From: Folioceros fuciformis
Taxonomy: Eukaryota
Assembly (NCBI GenBank): GCA_049999805.1
Contig: JBNGIO010006255.1
Location: forward strand, 403,821-431,529
DNA: 27,709 nucleotides
Reading direction: 5' to 3'
The position numbers and the translations under genes are program-made. The notes under the pieces were generated by a model. That model did no database searches. It was given only the letters and a program-made list of their open reading frames with translations, and had not been told where the DNA came from. This document shows positions 18,808-27,709 of the stretch, piece by piece (within the stretch, counting starts at the first letter, position 1; each line of letters begins with the position of its first letter).

Positions 18808-20192
18808 CTACACTCTCCTAGCCAGTAACAACGTGTTTTCCGGGGATACTGTCTCTGGCACGTACTTTACCAGCTTTGAACGCATTTCCTGCTGGTTCAG
18901 CCACCTCAGTCTTCCGGTGTCAATCAGTCGCTTGCATTTCATTCCTAACTCCTTCCTCTCATCTGCACTGAGGCACCTAATGGCCTCAGAGAGCTTCTGC
19001 TTCCCATTAGCCAAATGCACCAAAGGTTTAGCATATGAAAGAGGCACGTCTTGCTGCAAACTCCCGTCTCCATGCTCAGCATTACCGCTCAGTGCCCAGC
19101 TGCTGAGCCATGTGATCATACTAAATTCGTCCTTCGTGAAACCCAAGTCCAGGAAGAAACTCTTGTTCACAAACGACTTCCAGCTACACAAATGATGGCA
19201 ACAAGTGGCGATCCCAACACCAAATAGAACTGGAGCAGGAACGTTCTTCGCATAATCTCTCACTTCTTCGCCACAGGTGTCGGCATCCCTCGAAAGGCAG
19301 CACCTAAGAGCCAGGTCCGTGGCTGCCCCACACAAGTGTTTGCTCACAGCCACATAACGCAGGCCCTGCAAGGATGGAACAGCTCCCAGCTTAAGGTCCT
19401 CTATATCAATTCTCAAACGGTCCAACGACACCCCTGCCTGCTGTCGCAAGGTCCTATCCGCCTTGAACTTGTATGACCTCCGCTCTATCATCAAAACCTT
19501 CCCAACCTCATAGCAGTCACACAACATGTGCGACAGATATCCTCTCCCAGCGCCAAACTCCACATAACACGTCCCTCCAGACGTTTCCAGAAGCCCAAAC
19601 TCTTCCAGGTTTCCCAAGATGGAAGCCTGTTGCACCACATGTTTCTCCTGGAACGGTAACCTTCTGTCTCGCTCAGCCCATCTGTTGCACACCACCGGTG
19701 CCAAAATACTCTCATCCAGGGACTCCTGACAATAAGCGTCACAAGAAGCCTTGATTCTCCTCACCAACTCCTGAAATGCATTCTCGCTCAATTCAGCCAC
19801 AGCTGCCCTCTTCCCTCCCGCTGTCACAAGCTCTCCCTCATCATCACTCCCGGCATTCACCGCCCTGCGAAAATACTCTTGATCATCAAAACGTTGCTGC
19901 TGCTTGGCCACGTTACATTTCTTTAAGTGGGCAACCATCTCGGCTCGCAAAATCGTGCTGCAAACAGAAACCCAGAAATCAGACCCCGTAAAGCCCGTGG
20001 CAACCTCGACAAGCGACTGACTGGACGGAAGCTGGCTTACTGAGATGGATCCAGCGGGCAAGCCACCCTCGCTTGCGTGTCTGACTCTTGGTGATTACCA
20101 CAAAACTGATGGGAGGGCAGTGCCCAACTGGCACACGACCTTCGCTTGGAAGGCAGCCATTTCCCACATCGCTGCCTCGAGCCCTTCTCCAT
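18808..20192 (-). CDS. TRM13: tRNA:m(4)X 2'-O-methyltransferase TRM13, two exons (20192-20041, 19957-18808), 433 aa
   Basis: Exon 1 reads MEKGSRQRCGKWLPSKRRSCASWALPSHQFCGNH...RVACPLDPS (CCCH zinc finger and start of CHHC finger). Splicing a GT..AG intron joins it in frame to H-TILRAEMVAHLKKCN. The methyltransferase domain has VEFGAGRGYLS, IERRSYKFKAD, RIDIEDL, SKHLCGAATDLALRC, IATCCHH, LIDTGRL and YVPETVSPEN, all typical of TRM13. 152+1150 nt = 434 codons including stop. Confidence 0.92.
19958..20040 (-). other. 83-nt spliceosomal intron of TRM13
   Basis: On the minus strand it begins GTAAGC and ends TTTCTGTTTGCAG. Removal restores the CPLDPSH...HLKKC zinc-finger motif in frame. Confidence 0.88.
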
Positions 20193-20544
20193 CTCCGCTC
20201 AATATGACCAGAAAATATGGAGCATTAAATCTCTATAGAAACTTGTTGGGTGCATATGTGGATTGTAGGCCCGTTGCTTCTTCCTTAGAATCAATCCTGC
20301 GGTGGTAGCTTTGTCCTACCACTGGTCTGGCTGATGTCCTACAGCTCGCTTCTTGTCCGATAGAAGCTAAATCGAGCTTCCTGTTGGTAAGCTCGGGCGT
20401 GCTCGTGTGAGCCATGGCTGTGTGCAGGCCAACAGCTCCTCCAGGAAGAGCTTCTGCTCAGCTGAATTCGAGGTCCGAACCGTGGGTGAACAGGGGAGCC
20501 CTGAGGGGCAGCACCGTTGTAAGGAGAGCAGCTTGTGAAAGAGG

Positions 20545-23211
20545 ATGTTCCGCTGGAGGAGCATCCTCCAGCGAGGGTGGTCGCATAGAGGGCTTCAGGA
20601 AGGCCATGCTTTGCGGAACGGGGAGTTCCAAGGGGTCCTCTGCTTCACCAAGTACCATGAGCCAGCTTCAGTGGATCCGCAGCTGACTGCTCCTGACATG
20701 GAGAAAGGTCGTGGTTCCCGAACTTTCAGCTCGAGCGTGCGGGTCCCGGTCGATTGTGAGCACCCGGGGGACGTCAGTGCCGAAACCGTGAGAAAGCTAT
20801 GTCAGCATGGGGAACTTGGTGAGGCTGTTGAGTGTTTGGGAGTCCTAGTTCGCACAGACTTTCATGTGTCGAAACATCTCTTTTGTACGGTGTTAAGAGA
20901 ATGTGTGGCTAGGAGGGATCTGCCATTGGGTCGCCGTGTTCATGCTCTTACATTGAGGAAGGGCTATGAGTCGGATACGTTCTTGTGCAACCACATCCTC
21001 CGCATGTATTCTTCTTATGGCTTATTGCAAGAAGCTGTTGATGCGTTCTCTCTGATGAGCAAGCCTGATGCGTTCACGTGGTCTGCCATAATTGCAGCGC
21101 ATGTTAAACATGGACAAGATAAGCAGGCAGTACAGTTGTATCAGCAGATGAGGAGGTCAAGTGTGAAGCCAGACGGGCATGTGGTTGTAGCAGCACTCCA
21201 GGCGTGTGTGAGGGGAGGAGATTTGAAATCTGGTCAGCAGGTGCACGCTGATATGTTGGCTAGTGAATTTGAGCAAGATTTGTTTGTCACTAGTTGCTTG
21301 GTGGACATGTATGCCAAGTGTGGCAGCTTGGAGGACGCTCGACGTGTATTTGATGCGCTCCCTGGGAAGGATGTTGTGACATGGACTGCCATGATAGCAG
21401 CATATTCTCAGCGCGGCATGGGCCAGCAAGCTCTTGCTCTCTACAGGACAATGGAAGCAGGAGGCATGGTGGTACCCAACTCTGTTACATTTTTGTCTAT
21501 CCTGCAGGCATGTGCGAGTGTGGGCCCGTCAGCTTTGGAGAAGGGGAAGCAGCTTCATGCAGAAATTAGAGAAAGAGGACTGCAGGCTGATGTGTTTGTA
21601 GTCAGCAGTTTGGTAGACATGTATGCAAAGTGTGGCAGTGTAGAGGATGCTCGGGACTTGTTTGATGGACTAGATCATAAAACTGTGGTGACATGGAGTG
21701 CCATGATAGCAGGATACACCCAGCAGGGCATGGGACTGGAAGCCCTCCATCTCTATAGGGCTATGCAAGAAGAAGGCATGACTGCACCAAATGCTGTGAC
21801 TTTTGTGTGTCTTCTGCAGGCGTGTTCAATCGTGGGTACATCAGCTTTGGAGACCGGAAGGCAGCTTCATGCACACGTCAGGGAGCAAGGGTTTCACAGC
21901 GATCTGTTGGTAGCTACCAGCTTGGTTAACATGTATGCAAAGTGTGGTAGCATGGCAGAAGCTCAGAGAGTGTTTGATGGACTTGGTCAGAAGGATGTGG
22001 TGACATGGACTTGTCTGATAGCAGGGTATTGCCAGGGGGGGATGGGCCAGGAAGCCCTTCGTCTCTACAGTGCCATGCAAGAAGAGGATGTGGCTGTACC
22101 CGATTCGGTGACTTTTGTTTGCCTTCTGCAGGCATGTGCGAGTTTGGGTATCCAGTCTTTGGAAAACGGGAGGCAGCTGCATACACAGATTAGAGAAAGA
22201 GGACTTGAGGCTGATACGTTTGTAGCCAACAGCCTGGTAAACATGTATGCCAAGTGCGGCAGCGTAGAGGATGCTCGGGGCGTGTTTGATGGACTTGCTG
22301 AGAAGGATGTGGTGACCTGGAATGCTTTGATAGCGGGCTATTCCCAGCACGGCATGGGGCAGGAAGCCCTTTGCCTTTACAGGGCTATGCAAGAAGAAGG
22401 TGTGGCTGCACCTGATAGCGTGACATTTGTTTGCCTGTTACAGGCAAGTGCGCATGTCGCAGCTTTGCATCTGGGACAAGAGCTTCACATGCAGATTAAA
22501 GAGCAAGAGCTTGAAGATGATGTGCTTGTAGCTGGCAGTTTGATAAGCATGTATGGAAAATGTGGTAGCATGGCTCATGCACGGGAGGTGTTTGAGGCGT
22601 TGTCCCATAGAGATGATGTTGTTTGGAATGCTCTGATTGCAGGCTACTCTCGGGAAGGCGACTGTGAAGCCGTACTTGACTTGTTTCACAAAATGAGAGA
22701 GACTGGTGTACATCCAGCTGGCCTCACATTCCTCCATGTCCTAACTGTCTGCAGTCATACGGGCCTAGTGAAGGTGGGGCGAGAATACTTCGACGCTATG
22801 AGCAACACCTACGGCATCAGTCCCACATTAGAGCACTACACATGTATGGTGGATCTCCTGGGCCGTGCAGGTCATCTGGATGAGGCTCTAACGTTGATAA
22901 AGGCAATGCCTACCCCTCCGGATGCTGCAGTTTGGCGCACTCTTTTGGGTGCTTGTCAGAAGTGGAGCAACGTGGAAGTGGGCCAGCAAGCTTTTCACGG
23001 AGCAGTCTCGATCGACTCGCATGATCCCTCAGCTTATGTGTTGATGTCGAACATCTATACCAGTTCCCAAATGTGGGAGCAGGCACTGGAGATGCATTCG
23101 TGGAGACAAGGAAATAGGGCATGGAAGCAGCCAGGCCAGAGCTGGTGGACAGATATGGACGGACTGGTGCATAGTTTTCTGGTTGGGGATACCGTGGCAC
23201 GTTCGACATGA
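20545..23211 (+). CDS. PLS-class PPR protein (copy 7), E1-E2 + WW-type PG box, truncated before DYW catalytic region
   Basis: 888-aa ORF with Arg-rich N-terminus (MFRWRSILQRGWSHRGL..., mitochondrial-presequence-like by composition), six S motifs before P2-L2-S2, ends KQPGQSWWTDMDGLVHSFLVGDTVARST*. Confidence 0.93.
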   Translation: MFRWRSILQRGWSHRGLQEGHALRNGEFQGVLCFTKYHEPASVDPQLTAPDMEKGRGSRTFSSSVRVPVDCEHPGDVSAETVRKLCQHGELGEAVECLGVLVRTDFHVSKHLFCTVLRECVARRDLPLGRRVHALTLRKGYESDTFLCNHILRMYSSYGLLQEAVDAFSLMSKPDAFTWSAIIAAHVKHGQDKQAVQLYQQMRRSSVKPDGHVVVAALQACVRGGDLKSGQQVHADMLASEFEQDLFVTSCLVDMYAKCGSLEDARRVFDALPGKDVVTWTAMIAAYSQRGMGQQALALYRTMEAGGMVVPNSVTFLSILQACASVGPSALEKGKQLHAEIRERGLQADVFVVSSLVDMYAKCGSVEDARDLFDGLDHKTVVTWSAMIAGYTQQGMGLEALHLYRAMQEEGMTAPNAVTFVCLLQACSIVGTSALETGRQLHAHVREQGFHSDLLVATSLVNMYAKCGSMAEAQRVFDGLGQKDVVTWTCLIAGYCQGGMGQEALRLYSAMQEEDVAVPDSVTFVCLLQACASLGIQSLENGRQLHTQIRERGLEADTFVANSLVNMYAKCGSVEDARGVFDGLAEKDVVTWNALIAGYSQHGMGQEALCLYRAMQEEGVAAPDSVTFVCLLQASAHVAALHLGQELHMQIKEQELEDDVLVAGSLISMYGKCGSMAHAREVFEALSHRDDVVWNALIAGYSREGDCEAVLDLFHKMRETGVHPAGLTFLHVLTVCSHTGLVKVGREYFDAMSNTYGISPTLEHYTCMVDLLGRAGHLDEALTLIKAMPTPPDAAVWRTLLGACQKWSNVEVGQQAFHGAVSIDSHDPSAYVLMSNIYTSSQMWEQALEMHSWRQGNRAWKQPGQSWWTDMDGLVHSFLVGDTVARST

Positions 23212-23674
23212 AGCAAGGTGAGAGGATTGCCTGACTATGAAGACTCTTCAATTCTGGTCACCTTGCTGGTATTCCATGCTGAGATAAACACGTGAGGGCT
23301 ATCTCATCCAGGTGATCGTGGTCACTTTGCCTTCATGTGTAAGGAGTTTCCTCATCTGGTCGAGACTTAGTGCACCTCAAGGGTTTCAACAACCCATACC
23401 CCGCGTTTCAGAGTACCTGGGATCGTTTTCCTTCGCAGTGCTGTCTCACGAGACGGCCAAAGAAATGACATACACTGGCACTCACGTGAAATAGTCTGCT
23501 CAACTGCGATGATGGCATAAGTCTTGTGGCGAGTGAGACAATGTGTGGGATTTCCAGGTGCCCGTCGATGGCGTAGGGCGGGTCACATCGTCTCTGGACT
23601 CCGGGCAGTCCACCGCTCCTATTTTTCACTCCCAATCTGTCGACCACCTCTACCCTCCGACAGGCTCTGGCGGG

Positions 23675-24355
23675 GAGAGCCAAGTGCATGCAGATGTAGT
23701 GTCGGTTCTGACGGGGTGAGAGCCAAGAGCCTGCAAATGTGGAAAAGACTGGCATCGACCTGCTAAGTTTTCTAGGGCTCTGAGGGTTTCTAATACCTAC
23801 CCATGGCAAAGCACGTCAACGAGCTTATGTTCATTCACTTAGTGGAGGCAAGTGCCTGCAAACCTAGAAGAAGACAGGTGCATGCTCGTGTTCATCTGCT
23901 CGCGATGAATAGGAGAGTCAAGTGCCTGCAAGTGTAGAAGAAGCGAGGTGGACGCTCATGTTCATCTCCTGAGATGAGGAAGAGAGTCAAGTGCCTGCAA
24001 ATGTAGAAGAAGACAGGTGGACGCTTATGTTCATCTCCTGAGGATGAGGAGGATAGTCAAGTGCCTGCAAGTGTAGAAGAAGACAGGTGGACGCCGCTGA
24101 TGTTCATCTCCAGAGGATGAGGAGGAGAGTTAAGTGCCTGCAAATGCAGGTGGACGTTTACATTTATCTCCTGAGAATGAGGAGGAGAGTCAAGTGCTTG
24201 CAAATGCAGGAGGATGTTTATGTTCCTCTCTTGAGGATGAGGAGGAGCGCCGAGTGCCTGCAAATGTAGAGAAAGACAGATGGAGGCTTATGTTCATCTT
24301 CTCAGGATGAGGAGAAGAGCCAAGTGTCTGCACATGTAGAAGAAAACAGGTGTCC
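23675..24355. repeat. Tandem repeat (minisatellite), ~70-bp unit with two 60-bp variants
   Basis: CAAGTGCCTGCAAATGTAGAAGAAGACAGGTGGACGCTTATGTTCATCTCCTGAGGATGAGGAGGAGAGT-like units start at 23849, 23919, 23988, 24058, 24131, 24191, 24251 and 24321. More degenerate partial units lie at ~23675-23830. Confidence 0.9.
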
Positions 24356-24614
24356 ACCTACAAAGTTTTATAGCCTGTGTTTTGTAGGTGCAGTGTCTGA
24401 TTGTCTTTGCTCCCGTTTGTTAATTAATACGTACCAGTAATAAAGCATGTCAACGAGAATACTTCTTAGTCGTCCCACATTGTGCCTTGTGTTCTCTCGC
24501 ACTCGACAACCATCAAAATTTGAAGAAAACTTGACAGCTTTATTTCCCTTGAAGGAAAAGAAATTTCAAAATATTTTTTGAATAAAATATTTAAGAGATA
24601 TATATATATGGGTA

Positions 24615-24689
24615 TGGCATAGTTTGGTTTCAAACTGAAGATGTCCTAGGACGTGAGACCGATGTCATAACCAACTACACCACGAGACC
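24615..24689 (-). pseudogene. Degenerate tRNA-Val(CAC) pseudogene / tRNA-derived element
   Basis: Minus strand reads GGTCTCG TG GTGT AGTTGGTTA TGAC A TCGGT CT CAC GT CCTAG GACATC TTCAG TTTGAAA CCAAA CTATGCC A. The 5' half matches plant tRNA-Val (A box TGGTGTAGTTGG); the T arm and acceptor 3' strand are decayed. Confidence 0.65.
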
Positions 24690-24875
24690 GCCATAATGCA
24701 GCTACCACACCATAAAACGGATTGAGTATTGGCACAAGTGAAACAAGGTGAAAATTAAAAGTAGAAAGGTGAAAGCTAAATCTATAGCTGTCTTGATGAA
24801 GAAGCAAGTATGTTTCTTGCTGCCTTTGGAAACAAGATGTTTTTTCCAAGCAAAACCTCCTAGGAAGGATGGAGT

Positions 24876-25533
24876 TGTAATGACCACTTGTATTCTGAGA
24901 TGAGTGGTGTGTATCATTCCCAGCTTTAGGAGTGGCTTAGCTGTGGAGTATAAATAGGTCAGTGTTAGGGTCTTAAGGATATACTGTGATACACAGAGAG
25001 ACAGTGGAGTATAAATAGGCCAATGTTAGGGTCTTAAGGATATACTGATACACTGATACACAGAGAGACAAAGAGAGAGGCAAACAGTGAGAAGTCTAGC
25101 CTTGAGGCATAGCTGTGGAGGGCTTGAAGAGCAAGCTTGTCAAATTGAGTCTAGGGTAGTAGCCAGTGGGGCTAGCCTTGAGGCATAGCTGTGGAGGGCT
25201 TGAAGAGCAAGCTTGTCAGATTGAGTCTAGGGTAGTAGTCAGTGGGGCGTAGATCGCCAAACTCTTTTGTAAGTATCTTGAATAAAGAGCAGCACATAGA
25301 GGAGGTGGTCTGCGAGTCGTCAGTGGACAGCGGGCTACTTGGAGCCTAGTGCTGAGTCGTGAGAGAGGGAGTGAGTGATTTGGTGGTCTGCAAGTCGTCA
25401 GTGGACGGTTGGAGCCTAGTGCTGAGTCATGAGAGAGGGAGTGAGTGATTTGTAAGTGGAGCGCTGCGGAGCGAATAGACGAGATTCGAGGCCGTTGCTT
25501 CCTTTTACTCTGCGTAAGGAAGGGGGCGTTACT
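24876..25533 (+). mobile_element. Probable solo LTR of an LTR retrotransposon
   Basis: Starts TGTAATGACC and ends GGGGGCGTTAC(T), giving imperfect terminal inverted repeats typical of LTRs. Contains TATAAATA boxes, GA-rich tracts, an AATAAA and three internal tandem duplications. No convincing target-site duplication and no adjacent gag/pol seen. Confidence 0.6.
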
Positions 25534-25676
25534 GATTGCATACTTTTGATTAATTTATTTTAGTATTTTGGCCTTTTATTGGACTCATATACTGATCTAG
25601 AGACAACTACTTTCCATGCCAGTGATCCTTCAATAGGCTTGTTCATTAAATAGGCTTGTTCTTCTTGTTGGAAAAC

Positions 25677-26340
25677 GAGGTGCAATTGGAACCAAGCTTT
25701 TGCATACCCAATACCACCTATGAAGAACCACAAACTCCAAGAGGTCTAGGCTTCCTCAAATTGGCTTGTTGGAACTACGAGATGCAAGTGGAACCAACCT
25801 TGTGCTTACCTAATACTATCTATGAAGAAGAGCAAACTCGAAAGAGGTATGGGTCTCCTATCCTAAATAGAGCATACACTTTATCTTGGTTCAAATCTTG
25901 CTGTGGTCGGAAGGATCGAATTTTAAATCCTACCACGGCAAGATTCTCCTCTATGAAGACTTGACATCAAAGATCATGAGGAGACTTCACGAGGAATCAT
26001 AAGGTTGGGTTGTATGCTCAAGGGATATCTATGACAAGCAAACACTATATCTTTCATTGCATGTTGTTTTCTCTAGTACTTGTCATCCACAACTATCTTG
26101 TGAACTTCATCAAAATATTTTTGATAAAGGAAGGCTTGTTAGAGCCACGAGGTGTGAGTAGACCCGTTGGCAAGCTTTTGCTTATGCAATGTTATCTACG
26201 AAGAAGTGCAAACTCTTGAAGATGTTTAGATTTCCCCAAATCAACTTGTAGGAACCACGAAGTGCAAAGTGGAACTAACCTAATGCTTACCCAACACTGT
26301 GTGTGAAGAAGTGCAAACTTTGAAGAGATTTGGATTTCAG
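25677..26340. repeat. Degenerate ~90-100-bp repeat family (about 4 copies)
   Basis: Motif like GAGRTGCAAxTGGAACCAAxxTxTGCWTACCxAATACxAxCTATGAAGAAxxxCAAACTC recurs at ~25677, ~25780, ~26171 (partial) and ~26259. Confidence 0.55.
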
Positions 26341-26833
26341 GTCATGAAGAGACTCCACAAGATGTCATTGAAGATTGGCTCTTATGCTTATTTTGAGGAA
26401 ATGAACGTCATATGCTCATTGACTTCCTTTGTGACAAGTAGGTATAACGTGGGACTGGGAGTAGGAATAAAAAACAAGCAAACATTGTACCTTCATTGCC
26501 CTAGAAAGCTTAGCAAGTGCACACTTTGTCTTCCTCTATCTACATTTGTAGACAAAGTCTCCTACCTCCCCTCATGCCACTCTTCCTTTAGTCTCAAAAT
26601 CTCCTTCCCCATAGCTACTTGCTGGTTCCTCATTTCCTACGCCATGAACTTTGTGTTCCCCTTTAAAAACAACATTGAAGGATGAATCTTTGTTCCAATA
26701 TGCTAATTATTTTTTGTCTTCCATATGTTCTATGGGATTGCTATTTTATACCCTCAAATGACAAGTCAAATATATTTGAATTCCATAGTGCCTTAAAAGT
26801 AAGATTATGAAGTATATTTATACATCTTGCATA

Positions 26834-26907
26834 GGTTTCATGGTGTGGTTGGTTATCACGTCAGCCTAACGCACTAGAGGACCTCGGTTCGAGACCGGGT
26901 GAAGCCA
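26834..26907 (+). tRNA. tRNA-Val(AAC)-like gene, probably a pseudogene
   Basis: GGTTTCA TG GTGT GGTTGGTTA TCAC G TCAGC CT AAC GC ACTAG AGGAC CTCGG TTCGAGA CCGGG TGAAGCC A (74 nt). Acceptor and T stems pair and the B box GGTTCGAGACC is intact. A14 is G, the anticodon stem has two C-A mismatches, and no oligo-T terminator follows directly. Confidence 0.75.
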
Positions 26908-27709
26908 TATAGGTTTGTAGATCATACGGCGACCAGTTTACCTCACTAGAACTGTTGCGGCTTCTATTGTCAAGTTATGTAGGCTCTTGGGAACATCATA
27001 GGTCCGGGCACCTTCTAGTGTGCTATCGGTGATTTGGCTCGGAAGCAGGCTTCTTTGCCAGTCGCCTTTGGAGGGGTTGGTCTTTTGGCCATGGAGGGCT
27101 CTGCCCCAACTGCCTTTCTCGGCAGCTGGGCCCTTTTAGCTCCAATTTTGGCCTCTCGTTTTTTGCTACAAGATTCCCCTATTCTTGAAAGTTTTATTTC
27201 AGGTGTTGAGGAGGGCGTTTTCCCTTTACAGGTGTCTCTTAGGCAAGCAAGGGATTCTCTACCTTTGGAGGCTCGTGAGGCTCTACCTCCTTTTCTAGGG
27301 AAGGGTTGAAGGGTCTCCAAGCTTCCCTCCTATAAAGCAATATGGCCAAGCACTAAGAGCCCTTCTTTCAAACTCATCCATCCCTAGGTCTTTTCTCAAG
27401 CTCGTATTCGATCTTGTTCAGGTAAAGGAGCGGGCTCTTGGCTTTTAGCTCGACCTTGCATCCAGGCGTTTCAAATCGCACTAGCAACTTTCGCCAGTGC
27501 GATAAGATTTCACTTAGGTTTGGCCCACCCCTTGGCTTTTTCTCTCTCTACATGCAGTTGTGGAGTTGCCATTGTCGATACAGGGTTCCATTTGGCACGT
27601 TGTCCTGTTGGGGGGGCAGCACCGCATTGCCACTTATGATGTAGTTCTAGATGTCATGTTCTCAATGGCTAGGGAGTGTGGGTTTCTTCCGTATAGGGAG
27701 CGCCCATAT

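Noticed and set aside
19958-20061. ORF-track N-terminus of the 417-aa minus ORF (MPAGSISVSQ...)
   Set aside because: It reads through an intron; the spliced model starting at ATG 20192 restores both TRM13 zinc fingers.
823-23211. Assignment of these PPRs as U-to-C editing (DYW:KP/GRP-type) factors
   Set aside because: The PG box is of the SWW type, not the KP type, and no intact deaminase is present; editing direction cannot be inferred from this window.
631-23251. Dozens of 60-260-aa ORFs antisense or out of frame to the PPR genes (e.g. 8010-8798, 11417-11980, 21841-22392)
   Set aside because: They recur at the 312-nt period of the PPR unit and are shadows of the repetitive coding sequence; no independent protein motifs seen.
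23849-24355. CRISPR-like array
   Set aside because: Units are contiguous degenerate tandem copies with no unique spacers; the context is eukaryotic and no cas genes are present.
27000-27709. Possible degenerate retrotransposon ORF (K/A/R-rich minus-strand ORF 27015-27320)
   Set aside because: No recognisable gag, RT or integrase motif; cannot be supported without a search.

Overview
Eukaryotic nuclear DNA from a non-seed land plant; the PPR sub-type suggests a hornwort (inference). Bases ~0.8-23.2 kb hold a tandem cluster of seven closely related PLS-class pentatricopeptide-repeat (PPR) genes of the organellar RNA-editing-factor type, each read as one uninterrupted frame except copy 5. Six are intact ORFs and one is a frameshifted pseudogene; six are on the + strand and one is on the - strand. 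A two-exon TRM13 tRNA methyltransferase gene lies between copies 6 and 7. All PPR copies use a 312-bp P(36 aa)-L(37 aa)-S(31 aa) unit in variable copy number and end in E1-E2 plus a 'WW-type' PG box (KQPGQSWWTD). None encodes an intact DYW deaminase, but decayed DYW-like motifs are visible near or after several stop codons. A ~280-bp inverted copy of part of the pseudogene lies just upstream of it and could form a hairpin. The last 4.5 kb holds a ~70-bp tandem repeat, two tRNA-Val-derived pseudogenes and a probable solo LTR with internal tandem duplications. All alignments were done by eye; no database search was run.
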